From: Candidatus Levyibacteriota bacterium
GTDB lineage: Bacteria > Patescibacteriota > Microgenomatia > Levybacterales > UBA12049
Direction of reading: 5' to 3'
Assembly (NCBI GenBank): GCA_016180725.1
Contig: JACPAR010000005.1
Location: forward strand, 22,654 to 86,653
DNA length: 64,000 bases
The notes beneath the pieces were generated by a model. The model was given only the letters and a program-made list of their open reading frames with translations, had not been told where the DNA came from and searched no databases. Made by a program: the position numbers and the translations under genes. This document shows positions 41,374 to 51,263 of this stretch, piece by piece (positions within the stretch are counted from its first letter, which is position 1; every line of letters begins with the position of its first letter).

Positions 41374-41627
41374 AATCCTTTTAAAAGAAACAAAATTACA
41401 GTTACTCCGAGACTTCCTATAAGAATATATTCTATCACAATTTTTGCAGTTAAGTCATGATGTATGAAATGATGAAGAATTCCAAAACCTACATAAAAAA
41501 TTGATGTAAGCAAAATTATAATCATCTGGAGTTTTCTATCATAAGAAAGCTGCATGGCCAAAAATATTCCGAGTGCCAATATCAATAAAAGAGATAAATA
41601 ATATCCCGTATGTTTTTTTATTATCAT
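41370..41627 (-). CDS. small membrane protein (3 TM), hypothetical
   Basis: ORF-track ORF with hydrophobic helices. Confidence 0.3.
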   Translation of the reverse strand: MIIKKHTGYYLSLLLILALGIFLAMQLSYDRKLQMIIILLTSIFYVGFGILHHFIHHDLTAKIVIEYILIGSLGVTVILFLLKGL

Positions 41628-42499
41628 TGAAGTATAACTCTCGTACTAAACAAAATAACAAATAGCAAAATTGCTCCTAAGAAAGCTAAGTGATCCATAT
41701 TATGGCCAACCAAGCGTGAAATTTTCTTTCTTTCTATTATTATCATATCCGAAAGAAGCGTTACAATAAAGATAACAAGTATTAGTGTGGAAAGATTTTT
41801 AGTCAAGCTGTTAACACTAATTAATGACTGTGCCGAAACTGCAGCAATAGATTGTTGCCCCAACGCGGATTCTAAGGATATAACAGAAGGAACTACAGGC
41901 TGCAAACTGTTTTCCGGCTTTGCAGCAAGCGGACTAAGATTTTTACCCCCAAACATCTCAACTATAAGAGTTGTATCTTCTCCCATTAGTTTTCCTTGAA
42001 CAATTGCAAAACCAACCTCCTGATAATTTTTAGAAAGAACATTCTCTCTATGAGATGTACTTGCCATCCATGCGTCCACAATTGAACCAGAAGATGTAAA
42101 ACCTCTGGCAAGATTTTCTCCCGCATATGTATAGTCGTATCCTACTTTTTTAAAAAATGTCCATGGTGAAGTACCATCTGGAGATGTATGAGCCCAGTAA
42201 TTTTTTGTAAACATATCTTTAGCTTTTAAGGCTGCAGCTTGAGAAAGTTGATCGTTTAAAGTTAAAGACGTGAATCCCTCTGACTGGCGTTTTTGGTTTG
42301 TAATAATAAGAAGCTCTTGAGAAGAAATATCAATTGTTGTTCCCAAAACAGAAGAAAAATTTGTTTTGGCAATATTAATAAAAAGCTGCCCCACAAGAAG
42401 AAAAATAATAACAATAAGTATGCTTTGATGATGAAGGATTTTGGCGCGGTGATTATTTGATTCCCGTGGAACAAATAAATGATGAAAAAAATCTCGCAT
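41624..42499 (-). CDS. CAP/SCP (YkwD-like) domain secreted protein
   Basis: CAP motifs HTSPDG...YAGENLA...HRENVL. Confidence 0.6.
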   Translation of the reverse strand: MRDFFHHLFVPRESNNHRAKILHHQSILIVIIFLLVGQLFINIAKTNFSSVLGTTIDISSQELLIITNQKRQSEGFTSLTLNDQLSQAAALKAKDMFTKNYWAHTSPDGTSPWTFFKKVGYDYTYAGENLARGFTSSGSIVDAWMASTSHRENVLSKNYQEVGFAIVQGKLMGEDTTLIVEMFGGKNLSPLAAKPENSLQPVVPSVISLESALGQQSIAAVSAQSLISVNSLTKNLSTLILVIFIVTLLSDMIIIERKKISRLVGHNMDHLAFLGAILLFVILFSTRVILQ

Positions 42500-42511
42500 A
42501 TTACCAGTATA

Positions 42512-42826
42512 TCATTGGTATAGCGGCTCTACAAATTCACCAATTTTTTTCCCGTTAACAGGAATTTTTAATGCAAAAGAAAAAGCATTTGCAATTGCAA
42601 TTCCTACCCGTAGTCCGGTAAAAGAACCCGGCCCCGCATTTACTTCAATTTTTTCTAAATCATCTAATTTAAGATTATGCTTTTTTAGCAATTGATCTAT
42701 TAAAGGCAATACAACCTGTGCTTTTTGAACACCGATTTCTTGCTCAACCTTATCTTCTTTACCATTTATTTGTAATTTGACAATGATTTTTTTATTACTT
42801 GATGTATCTATATACAACGTACTCAT
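42512..42826 (-). CDS. tsaB: tRNA t6A biosynthesis protein TsaB (short)
   Basis: GPGSFTGLRVGIAIA motif. Confidence 0.65.
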   Translation of the reverse strand: MSTLYIDTSSNKKIIVKLQINGKEDKVEQEIGVQKAQVVLPLIDQLLKKHNLKLDDLEKIEVNAGPGSFTGLRVGIAIANAFSFALKIPVNGKKIGEFVEPLYQ

Positions 42827-42828
42827 AA

Positions 42829-42885
42829 ATTGTCATCCCGAATTTATTTCGGGATCTAGATTCTGAAATGGATTCAGAATGACAC
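42829..42885. repeat. double-hairpin palindromic element (GTCATCCCGAA..TTCGGGAT / ATTCTGAA..TTCAGAAT) at tsaC stop
   Basis: Two adjacent perfect inverted repeats. The second supplies the tsaC stop codon. Confidence 0.45.
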
Positions 42886-43461
42886 GAATAAAGCTCCTCG
42901 CCTAATAATTTTCCAAGGGCTTATTGAACAATCAACTACCGTTGATGGCATTTTTATTGTACATTCTCCAAAAAGAACATAATCTGCTAATTTTGTGAAT
43001 TCTGGATTTAGATCTTCAAACGCATATGGCGTTTTTTCTCCATGGAAATTTGCTGATGGCCCAAGAATAGGAACCCCAACTGATCTGATTACATCCCGGG
43101 CAATCGGATGATTAGGAATTCTTACCCCCAAAGTTGACCCCCCACCCCTAACTAAAGCCGGAACTTTATCTGCTTTACAAAGAAGAATAATAGTAAGAGC
43201 TCCTGGCCAAAATGGTTCAATTAATTTATCAATAACTTCTTTAGGGATTGGCTGTAAATAATCCTTTGCCATTTTAACTGTATCAACCAAAACCGGCGTT
43301 GCCTGTGTCCCCGGCCTTTTGCGGATTTTGAATAATCTTTCAACCGCCTTCTCATTATCAATCCTGCACCCAACCCCAAAGGCTGTGTCGGTTGGAAAAA
43401 TCACAATCCCTCCCTGATTTAGAATATTGATAGCTTTTTCAACTTCTGATAAATTATTCAT
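42874..43461 (-). CDS. tsaC: L-threonylcarbamoyladenylate synthase (YrdC/Sua5 domain)
   Basis: YrdC fold pattern (IVIFPTDTAFGVGC). Confidence 0.8.
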   Translation of the reverse strand: MNNLSEVEKAINILNQGGIVIFPTDTAFGVGCRIDNEKAVERLFKIRKRPGTQATPVLVDTVKMAKDYLQPIPKEVIDKLIEPFWPGALTIILLCKADKVPALVRGGGSTLGVRIPNHPIARDVIRSVGVPILGPSANFHGEKTPYAFEDLNPEFTKLADYVLFGECTIKMPSTVVDCSISPWKIIRRGALFVSF

Positions 43462-43963
43462 AATTAATTATGATCCTTCTTTTACTTTCCGAAATGTAAT
43501 CAAAATAAATATCCACTCTTTTTTTAGGCAACAATTTTCCAAGCTTTTCTGCCCATTCAATTGCAACAATTGAATTTTGATCATTAAGTATTTCTCTTAC
43601 TCCTAATCCCTCAAGGTCTTTTTCGCTTTCAATCCTGTATAAATCTATATGATAGAACATTTTTGATTTTTTATTTGCTCGCCTCGCTGCGAAGCGGGTA
43701 TTTTTGATATTTAATTTTTGATTTTTTATATTAATTTTATATGTTCTAACAATAATAAACGTTGGCGAAATAATTCTTCTTTCTATTCCTAATCCCTTTG
43801 CTAAACCCTGAACAAAGGTTGTTTTTCCAGCCCCTAGCTCTCCATGCAAGGCTATAACTTCTCCACCTTTAAGTTTTTTAGCAAACTCTTCTGCTACTTT
43901 TTGCGTTTCCTCAAAATTATGAGTAATAAATGTCTTTTCCTCTGTCATATTATTGATTGTCAT
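43454..43963 (-). CDS. tsaE: tRNA t6A biosynthesis ATPase TsaE
   Basis: P-loop HGELGAGKTTF and FYHIDLYR. Carries a ~25-aa insertion encoded by a repeat plus a GC-rich core. Confidence 0.75.
   Translation of the reverse strand: MTINNMTEEKTFITHNFEETQKVAEEFAKKLKGGEVIALHGELGAGKTTFVQGLAKGLGIERRIISPTFIIVRTYKINIKNQKLNIKNTRFAARRANKKSKMFYHIDLYRIESEKDLEGLGVREILNDQNSIVAIEWAEKLGKLLPKKRVDIYFDYISESKRRIIINYE
43661..43737. repeat. composite insertion in tsaE: GC-rich core (GCTCGCCTCGCTGCGAAGCGGG) followed by period-7 AT repeats
   Basis: Local GC spike followed by TTTTTGA/TATTTAA heptamers. It encodes KINIKNQKLNIKNTRFAARRANKK. Confidence 0.6.
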
Positions 43964-44008
43964 TGCGAGGAGCTTGCCACGGTCGCCTAAGACGACCTCG
44001 CAATGACA
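43958..44008. repeat. 13-bp perfect inverted repeat TGTCATTGCGAGG-N25-CCTCGCAATGACA (GC-rich loop)
   Basis: Direct reading of the sequence. It overlaps the tsaE start codon and its upstream region. Confidence 0.55.
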
Positions 44009-44030
44009 TAAAGTGCGAAACGATTATTTG

Positions 44031-45026
44031 TTAAATATCTGATGATTCTTCCTGCCTTTCCCTATAAGATTTAAAAGCAAGTATACCACAGGCAATAAGA
44101 AAAATTGAACCTAGCCCAAGTAATATTTTTGAAATATTATTATCTGAGCTGGCAAGTGTTTTTACGATAGGCGTTGGTGACAAATTATCAGTAACCATAG
44201 AGGCTACAGTAGCACTCTCGCCTAATACTGCTGTTGGGTAAGTTTTGTCCACTAAAGAAATTAAAGCCTCTTCATCCGATGTAGGCACCACAGTGTTATT
44301 TGAGTTTGAGGTTGGAGCTTTTGTTGGCGTAGGCGTTACAGTGCGTTTGGAAGTTGGGCTCGGAGTTGGAGTTTTAGTAGGCGTTGGGGTTTTTGTTGGA
44401 GTAGGAACATCTGTTGGCGTGGCAGTTGGCATTGGTGTCGAAGTTAAAGTCGGAACTGGCGATATAGCATTTGCTGTTCCAGGATTTGGTACCGCAGCAA
44501 TAATAGAATTATCTGCTGTTTTTTGCAAAGAGTTTCCGTCTCCATTTGCTCCCTGAGCTGACTGATAAGAAAAATCTCCCCAAAGCGCACCACTTGAACC
44601 GATACGTAGTCCTAAAGAAGCTGAAGTATTATTTAGAGAAATACCAGAACTTTGAATTACTGTTCCAGAATACCCTGAATAATCTGAAAGGAAAGCTGCA
44701 GCATCTTGCGCAATAATTGCAAAACCACCAGAGGGAATAGTCATATTCCCCTGGAAAGCGGTAAGACTAAAGGTATGATTACCTCCATCATAAATTCGCC
44801 ATGATTCTGTACTTGATCCTCCGATTAAAGTAACTTGATCACTTCCTTGATTGTATAACTCAATCCATTCATGATTACTATCACTTCCTGAGAAATCGTA
44901 CATAACCTCATTTATAACAACATCTTGTTCTGCTGCAAAAGCTAAAGAGGAAAAAGAGAAGAAAAGAAGAGTAATAAAAATTACCTCAAACAAAACACTT
45001 CCAAAAACACCTCTAATGGGTGACAT
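44031..45026 (-). CDS. lamin-tail-domain (LTD) surface protein with PT-rich stalk and C-terminal TM anchor
   Basis: Signal peptide. VVINEVMYDFSGSDSNHEWIELYN is LTD-like. Has a TPTPTKTPTP repeat and a C-terminal hydrophobic anchor. Confidence 0.55.
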   Translation of the reverse strand: MSPIRGVFGSVLFEVIFITLLFFSFSSLAFAAEQDVVINEVMYDFSGSDSNHEWIELYNQGSDQVTLIGGSSTESWRIYDGGNHTFSLTAFQGNMTIPSGGFAIIAQDAAAFLSDYSGYSGTVIQSSGISLNNTSASLGLRIGSSGALWGDFSYQSAQGANGDGNSLQKTADNSIIAAVPNPGTANAISPVPTLTSTPMPTATPTDVPTPTKTPTPTKTPTPSPTSKRTVTPTPTKAPTSNSNNTVVPTSDEEALISLVDKTYPTAVLGESATVASMVTDNLSPTPIVKTLASSDNNISKILLGLGSIFLIACGILAFKSYRERQEESSDI

Positions 45027-45043
45027 TTTATTATTTTATACTG

Positions 45044-46339
45044 TTACATGGAAACAGTATCAACTTCTACTATACTTCCTAAAGAATAATGATCGGTAAA
45101 AGGAATATTGTGAGCACTTGGCACAAAAGGATCATTCATGGTGTAATTACCATTTGATCCCCCAGTTAAAACAACAAAATGATCGGCAACCGGTCCTCCG
45201 TCATAACTTACCCCTACAATAATTGGATCTGTAATTGTACCAGGCAGTACACCCCAAGAACTTCCAATTCTTGATCTATTAATTGATACGCCATTAACAT
45301 TAATTGAATATTTAAGCATTGCTGTATTTACAGAAAAATTATCTCCGGAAGAATTAGCAATACTGGAAGGCAATATATCTTTATGACCCTTATGACTTGC
45401 AACCATTGCAACCGATGTAATTAAACAACCTACTCTCGCAACACTACAAGGTCCATCGCAGTCGTTTTGGCCATTTATTAAAATATTACCCCACTGACTG
45501 TCTCTTTGATTGTAATAACATCCCCAACCATCGCAAACTGTTTGATTGCTAAGAATTGATGCTCCACCTTGGCTGCTTACAAATCTTGAAAACCCTGCCA
45601 ATTGCGCTCTGGCTTGTGTAAGTAATTTTTGATAAGTTGCCTCATCTCCCTGAGTTTGAGCAAGTAAAGATTTTTTACTTTCTTTTTCTTGATTTAACTC
45701 GCTTGTGTATGATTCAAGCTGCGCTTTTAAGGTTTCTGTTTTTTTCTTTTTATTTTCAAAGATTTCTTTTTGATTTGCATAATCCATTTTTGCCTGCTGC
45801 GTTTCGTAAATTAATTTTTTATCGTTTACCTGTGCAATTCTTAAATAGCTTAGTCTTGAGAAAAAATCAGAGATCCCATTTGAAGCAAAAATTACCTGAA
45901 ACGGCTGCAAACTACCAACTTCGTATGTTGCAACAATTCTATTTAGCACCACTTTTGTAAGCATATCGAGAGATTTTTCTAAATTGCTTATTTTTTTTGT
46001 CGCTGTATTAATATCCTCAACAAGAGAAGCTATTTGCTGCTTTGTTGTATCAATTCTTAATTGCGTCAACTGTATCTGGCTATCCATAACGCCAATTTGA
46101 GAAGCAAGTGTTTTCTCCTGTCCCTGAAGGTTTGAAATCTTACCTTGTAAATCATTAATCTGATTTTGTAAATCCTGCACTTCTTTTGAGTTGTCAGACG
46201 CGGACGTGGGCGCAGGCGTTGGAGTTAAAGTTAGCGTAGGAGTTTGAGCATATGCATTGAACTTATAAAATATTGCAAAAAGAACTAAAAAAATTAGTAA
46301 GCATATATGTGCTGCATTTTTTAATACCTTTAATTTCAT
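45044..46339 (-). CDS. coiled-coil protein with C-terminal C39-like cysteine peptidase domain (PcsB/CwlO-like murein hydrolase)
   Basis: Long heptad-rich region followed by a Cys...His domain (GCLITSVAMV...DHFVVLTGG). Sits directly downstream of ftsEX. Confidence 0.55.
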   Translation of the reverse strand: MKLKVLKNAAHICLLIFLVLFAIFYKFNAYAQTPTLTLTPTPAPTSASDNSKEVQDLQNQINDLQGKISNLQGQEKTLASQIGVMDSQIQLTQLRIDTTKQQIASLVEDINTATKKISNLEKSLDMLTKVVLNRIVATYEVGSLQPFQVIFASNGISDFFSRLSYLRIAQVNDKKLIYETQQAKMDYANQKEIFENKKKKTETLKAQLESYTSELNQEKESKKSLLAQTQGDEATYQKLLTQARAQLAGFSRFVSSQGGASILSNQTVCDGWGCYYNQRDSQWGNILINGQNDCDGPCSVARVGCLITSVAMVASHKGHKDILPSSIANSSGDNFSVNTAMLKYSINVNGVSINRSRIGSSWGVLPGTITDPIIVGVSYDGGPVADHFVVLTGGSNGNYTMNDPFVPSAHNIPFTDHYSLGSIVEVDTVSM

Positions 46340-46352
46340 ACATATAAACTAA

Positions 46353-47219
46353 TTATTTAAGATATCGAAGTACAGCCAGAGAGCTTGCAAACATTCCAAG
46401 AAATATTGCAAGTAATAATTCTGTTCCTAAAAGCTCTGCCAAAAGCAAAGGTGATGCAAGCGAAAGAGGAATACCGCGCAAAAACGAAGTTATAATTGGC
46501 AATGAATACCATAATAGTCCGACAGAAAATAACCATCCAAAAAATGCGCCAACAACGCCGTACATCATTCCTTCAAAAAGAAAAGGCCAGCGTATATACC
46601 AATTTGTAGCACCCAAAAGCCGCATGATTTCTATTTCTTCTTTCCTTTGTGAAATCTTAATACCTGTAATAATAACCATAATAAAGATTGCATCAAGTGC
46701 CAAAACAACAATCAGAGCCGTGCCAATTTTCCTTAAAGCCCTTGTCCAATCTGTTAAATTTGTAATAACGTCTTTTGGAAAAACCACTTCTTTAACAAGT
46801 GAAGACTTCTGTAGTGCTTCAGATATACTCGACAGATCATCTATTTTTTCTGTTGATATTTGTAAAGAAGAAGGTAAAATATCTGCGGTCACAAATTCCA
46901 AAAGCAGTGGATCGTCTTTAAATTTTTCTTCATATATTTTAAGTGCTTCCTGTTTTGAAACGAAATGGACTTTTGACACTTTACCTGTATCTATAAGCTG
47001 TTCTTTTAAAGCATCTATACTTTCTTGCTTTGCTTCATTTTTGAAAAATGCAATTACCTGCGGCAATGATTCAAAGTAATTTATGATTTTATCGGAACCA
47101 AAAATAACAAAAGTAAAAATGGATACCACAAAAAAAGTTTGCAGCATAATAAATATTGCTGCAAATGCCTGGTATGGAGAACGCCTTACATGATGCCAGG
47201 TAGTTTTAAGAAACGCCAT
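46353..47219 (-). CDS. ftsX: cell-division ABC permease-like FtsX
   Basis: Four-TM FtsX topology, overlapping ftsE. Confidence 0.8.
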   Translation of the reverse strand: MAFLKTTWHHVRRSPYQAFAAIFIMLQTFFVVSIFTFVIFGSDKIINYFESLPQVIAFFKNEAKQESIDALKEQLIDTGKVSKVHFVSKQEALKIYEEKFKDDPLLLEFVTADILPSSLQISTEKIDDLSSISEALQKSSLVKEVVFPKDVITNLTDWTRALRKIGTALIVVLALDAIFIMVIITGIKISQRKEEIEIMRLLGATNWYIRWPFLFEGMMYGVVGAFFGWLFSVGLLWYSLPIITSFLRGIPLSLASPLLLAELLGTELLLAIFLGMFASSLAVLRYLK

Positions 47220-47889
47220 ACTTACCTTTCTTTTCGTCTCTAATTATTTTCCCTTTGTCAAGCGCAACAACTCTTTTTGTAAGCTTATTAACAACATCAA
47301 CATTATGTGTTGCCATTATTACTGTTGTACCTTTTTCATTAATATCTAAAAGGAGTTTAACAATATCTTTACTGGTTTGAGGATCTAAATTCCCGGTAGG
47401 CTCATCTGCCAATAAAATGTCTGGAGAAAGAATAAGAGCTCTTGCAATTGCTGCTCTTTGCAACTCTCCCCCGGAAAGTTGTATAGGAAATTTATTCCTT
47501 TGCTCTATAATTCCAACTTGAAACAACAAATCTTCCACCTTCTTTTTTGCCTCTAAAGTTTTTTCTCCGGAAAGCTCCAGCGGCAAAATAACATTTTCAA
47601 AAATTGTTCTGTCAAAAAGTAACTTTAAATCCTGAAAAACAACGCCAATTTTTTTTCTAAGATGCGAAATTTTTTGATGGGGTAGTTTTACAACGTCAAA
47701 ATCCCCAACCATGATTGTTCCCTTAGAAGGAAGCATATCTCGAATAAGGAGTCTAAATAGAGTTGTTTTACCAGAGCCGGTATGGCCAACTAAAAAAACA
47801 AATTCCCCTTTTTCCACTGCCAGCGTAACATCAAAAAGACCAGAAGCTCCATTACCGAATGCTTTTGAAACGTTATCGAGCTTTATCAT
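47206..47889 (-). CDS. ftsE: cell-division ATP-binding protein FtsE
   Basis: Walker A GHTGSGKTT, signature LSGGELQRAAIARAL, Walker B LLADEPTGNLD. Confidence 0.9.
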   Translation of the reverse strand: MIKLDNVSKAFGNGASGLFDVTLAVEKGEFVFLVGHTGSGKTTLFRLLIRDMLPSKGTIMVGDFDVVKLPHQKISHLRKKIGVVFQDLKLLFDRTIFENVILPLELSGEKTLEAKKKVEDLLFQVGIIEQRNKFPIQLSGGELQRAAIARALILSPDILLADEPTGNLDPQTSKDIVKLLLDINEKGTTVIMATHNVDVVNKLTKRVVALDKGKIIRDEKKGKYGVS

Positions 47890-47907
47890 ATTTCGAATAT
47901 ATTTTAA

Positions 47908-48366
47908 CTATTCCAAAACTTCAACTCTTCCTACATCCATAAGCCAACCAGCCTTTTGAGCTTTTTGCGTCTCTCCCCATACCCTAACTTTTTTTCCAAT
48001 GAATTTTGACAAATCAATTACCGAAGAAACTAAGTATACATTCTGGCTATCTCCGCCCGGTCGGACTAAATGATATTGCCCTTCGTCTTCAATACCACCA
48101 TTTTCTAATTTACCTTCTGCCGAATCTTTAAATGTTTTTGTATCATTAGAACCGACAACCATTCCTTTTTGAGCTGCGTTTTCTCCGCCTGTGCTTAGGT
48201 TAATTTGTCCCACCTTTACGCTATTTTTTGACAAAAGATAACCGCTACCAACTCCCAAAAAAGCAACAACTATTAAAAATAGGATAATTTTACGAGAAAA
48301 TAAAGCAGAATTATTAGCTTGGCTAAAATCATGCATTAACGATGTTTCTTCTTGTTTTTTATCCAT
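47908..48366 (-). CDS. hypothetical membrane-anchored protein
   Basis: One TM segment and no recognisable domain. Confidence 0.4.
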   Translation of the reverse strand: MDKKQEETSLMHDFSQANNSALFSRKIILFLIVVAFLGVGSGYLLSKNSVKVGQINLSTGGENAAQKGMVVGSNDTKTFKDSAEGKLENGGIEDEGQYHLVRPGGDSQNVYLVSSVIDLSKFIGKKVRVWGETQKAQKAGWLMDVGRVEVLE

Positions 48367-48495
48367 TATTTGAAATCACCCCCTTGCCCGCCGACCAAGC
48401 GTTCCGTGAATTCCGATTGAATTGGAATCGAACATTAGAGCTTAGACGGGTCCTTTTATCTAGTTAAGCATAAATTTATCTTTTTATCAACCCCG

Positions 48496-49503
48496 CTAGG
48501 AGAAAAAGCGTAGCTGCGCTTCTATAAACCCATCTAAATCTCCATTTAAAACAGCATCTGTATTGCTTGTTTCGTAATTTGTACGTAAATCTTTTACCAT
48601 ATGGTATGGGTGCAAAACATAAGAGCGGATTTGATTACCCCAACCTGGAGTTTTATAACCACCCTTTAATTGCGTCTCTTGCTTTTTTCTTTCTTCTTCC
48701 TGCAAAAGCCAAAGTTTTGCCCGCAAAATTTTTAAGGCATTTTCCCGATTTTGGCCCTGGTAGCGCTCTGCTTGTGCAGTAACAACTATACCTGTTGGCT
48801 TATGTTTTAACCGAACTGCTGATGAGACCTTCTGAACATTCTGCCCCCCATGAGAACTTGCCCTGTAAAACTCCCAATCTAAATCATCTTCTTTTATTTC
48901 TATTTCTTTATCTTCAGCAATATCCGGCAATACCTCTACCAAAGCAAAAGATGTTTGTCTTAAATTGTCTGCGTTAAAAGGCGACTGCCTAACTAAACGG
49001 TGCACACCTGCTTCTGACTTTAAAAACCCGTATGCATATTTTCCATCAACGGTTATAGTAACGCTTTTAATTCCCGCTTCCTCACCCGGTATCTCCTCTA
49101 CCGTCTCATACGCCCAATTTTTCTTTTCAAAAAACCGCGTATACATTCTGTAAAGCATTTCTGCCCAATCCATTGCTTCAACTCCTCCCTGACCTGAGTG
49201 GATAGATAAAATTGCCCCTCCTTCATCATACTGTCCTGAAAAAAATAAAAGGTTTTCAAGTTTTGCTAAAAGTTTCTCTGCTTTAGCATATTCACCGGTT
49301 GATACAAGTTCCAAAAGTTTTTCTGCCTCTTCTATTTCTTTTTGTAAATCTGCCAAGCTTTTCATCTTTTGCGCTGCAGCCTGGTGATCTTGCCAAAAAG
49401 ATGGACTCGTAGCCTCTACCTCGATAGAGCGTATCTTTTTTCTTTTGTCCTCTATGTTTATTTTATCTAAAAGTTTTACAACTCGATTTTTTAATTCTTC
49501 CAT
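48496..49503 (-). CDS. prfB: peptide chain release factor 2 (no programmed frameshift)
   Basis: SPF tripeptide and a GGQ motif. The reading frame is continuous from Met1. Confidence 0.85.
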   Translation of the reverse strand: MEELKNRVVKLLDKINIEDKRKKIRSIEVEATSPSFWQDHQAAAQKMKSLADLQKEIEEAEKLLELVSTGEYAKAEKLLAKLENLLFFSGQYDEGGAILSIHSGQGGVEAMDWAEMLYRMYTRFFEKKNWAYETVEEIPGEEAGIKSVTITVDGKYAYGFLKSEAGVHRLVRQSPFNADNLRQTSFALVEVLPDIAEDKEIEIKEDDLDWEFYRASSHGGQNVQKVSSAVRLKHKPTGIVVTAQAERYQGQNRENALKILRAKLWLLQEEERKKQETQLKGGYKTPGWGNQIRSYVLHPYHMVKDLRTNYETSNTDAVLNGDLDGFIEAQLRFFS

Positions 49504-49521
49504 ATAAATTTTTTAACTATC

Positions 49522-50778
49522 TCAAAGATTCAACAGAAGGAGAATTCCAGCTACACTCATTAGGAGAGTAACAAAAATTCCCAGAATATTAGAAGTTATC
49601 CCGTTTACTCTTTTTCCCATAACCCCCCTGTTGTTTGCAACTATAAGAATAATTATCAACAAAGGCGGTGCAATTATACCATTAATAACCGCCGTGTAAT
49701 ATAAGGTAGAGATTGGGTTTATGCCTATAAAATTTATAAAAAACCCAATAAGTGTTGCAATAGCAATAACGCCGTAAAAACCGGGTGCTTTAAAAAGCTT
49801 TCTATACAAACCTTCTTTCCAGCCAAACGCTTCAGAAACGGCATAGGATGCAGACCCTGCTAATATCGGAACTGCCAAGAGTCCCGTACCAATAATACCT
49901 AAGGCAAAAAGGACAAATGCAAAATCTCCCGCAAAAGGACGAAGCGCAAGCGCTGCTTGAGAGGCAGAATTTATCGTATGTATACCAGCGGGAAACAAAG
50001 TAGCACCCGTTGTTACAATAATAAACCACATAATGAGGTTTGAAAAAAACATTCCTATAACTGTGTCTATTCTTAAACGTGTTATATCTTTTGGAGTAAC
50101 CTTTGGATTACCTGCTCCCATTTGACGCAATTTATGATGCGCTACTTCTTCCTCAACCTCCTCTGATGCCTGCCAGAAAAAAAGATATGGAGAAATTGTT
50201 GTTCCTAATACAGCCACGATATTTATTAGATATGTATTTGTAAATTGTATATTAGGAATAATTGTTGCCCGCAACACATGCACCCAATCGATTTTTATAA
50301 AAAATGCAGCTAAGATATATGAAAATAAAGCAAATGTTAAATATCTTAAATACCTTGAATAATTCTTATACGAAACGAGTATTTCAAGAGTTAAGGTCAA
50401 AAAAACAGTTACAAATAACCAGAAAAAAAATGGCAAACCAAAAATAAGCTCCGCTGATGCAGCCATAGCGCCTAAATCAGCGCCAATATTAATTGTATTA
50501 GCTACAAACAACAATAATACAGTAGGATAAAGAAGCTTTTTAGAATAATGCTGTCTTATAACCCCTGCCAATCCTCTACCCGTAACAAGCCCTATTCTTC
50601 CGCACATTTCCTGCACTACTACCATAAACGGAAAAGAAAACGGAGCCGTCCATGCCTGCTGGAAACCAAAAAGTGCGCCTGTTTGTGAATAAGTTGCAAT
50701 ACCTGATGGATCATCATCAGATGCCCCGGTAATAAAACCCGGCCCCAATGTTTTAAAAAATTTCTTAATTCTATTCAT
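49522..50778 (-). CDS. mntH: NRAMP family divalent metal transporter
   Basis: GPGFITGASDDDPSGIATYS and an 11-TM pattern. Confidence 0.85.
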   Translation of the reverse strand: MNRIKKFFKTLGPGFITGASDDDPSGIATYSQTGALFGFQQAWTAPFSFPFMVVVQEMCGRIGLVTGRGLAGVIRQHYSKKLLYPTVLLLFVANTINIGADLGAMAASAELIFGLPFFFWLFVTVFLTLTLEILVSYKNYSRYLRYLTFALFSYILAAFFIKIDWVHVLRATIIPNIQFTNTYLINIVAVLGTTISPYLFFWQASEEVEEEVAHHKLRQMGAGNPKVTPKDITRLRIDTVIGMFFSNLIMWFIIVTTGATLFPAGIHTINSASQAALALRPFAGDFAFVLFALGIIGTGLLAVPILAGSASYAVSEAFGWKEGLYRKLFKAPGFYGVIAIATLIGFFINFIGINPISTLYYTAVINGIIAPPLLIIILIVANNRGVMGKRVNGITSNILGIFVTLLMSVAGILLLLNL

Positions 50779-50784
50779 AGGTTG

Positions 50785-51213
50785 CTACAAGCTGCTGCAC
50801 ATTTTCTGGCAAATCTCTTTTGCCTGATCTCTAGGATATTGTTCTAAAGACTGAATGTCTTTAATTACTTTTTGAACCTGCGGAGATGAAGAAGCAATTT
50901 CTACAACGTCAATTTTAGATATTTCCTGCCTTATAAAATCAAGTCTTTTTTGCACCTCGTTTGCCGGAAGAGATAAAACTGATTTTATACCGCTGTTATC
51001 AATTGGGTTTGGCTCTTCTTTCGTACTAGCTCCCTCTACCTGGCTCTTTGGCTGGTTATTGGTAAATTTTAAAGAAACGCTGTTTGCATCTTTACTCAGA
51101 ATAATTTTTTTGGTTGCGTAACCGGCTAATACAATTAAAATAGATGTTACTAGCAGTACTATGAAGATTTTCTTTTTGTCCCAAACTTCTTCACTGGTAT
51201 TTATTTCCTGCAT
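50785..51213 (-). CDS. hypothetical membrane-anchored protein
   Basis: ORF-track ORF with one N-terminal TM segment. Confidence 0.35.
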   Translation of the reverse strand: MQEINTSEEVWDKKKIFIVLLVTSILIVLAGYATKKIILSKDANSVSLKFTNNQPKSQVEGASTKEEPNPIDNSGIKSVLSLPANEVQKRLDFIRQEISKIDVVEIASSSPQVQKVIKDIQSLEQYPRDQAKEICQKMCSSL

Positions 51214-51263
51214 GAGGTTATTGTAGGCAATAACGTAAACTTTTGCAAACTAAAATTAAAAGG

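Noticed and set aside
44245-44556. Plus-strand ORF encoding a GVGV-rich peptide
   Set aside because: It is the antisense shadow of the PT-rich (ACN/CCN codon) stalk of the minus-strand LTD surface protein.
48405-48432. GTTCGATTCC resembling a tRNA T-arm in the GC-rich gap upstream of ORF 47908..48366
   Set aside because: The flanking bases cannot form a T-stem or an acceptor stem, and no cloverleaf can be drawn.
48496-49503. Looked for the programmed +1 frameshift site (CUU UGA C) typical of prfB
   Set aside because: The RF2 reading frame is continuous from Met1 with no in-frame UGA near codon 25. The gene is simply unshifted.
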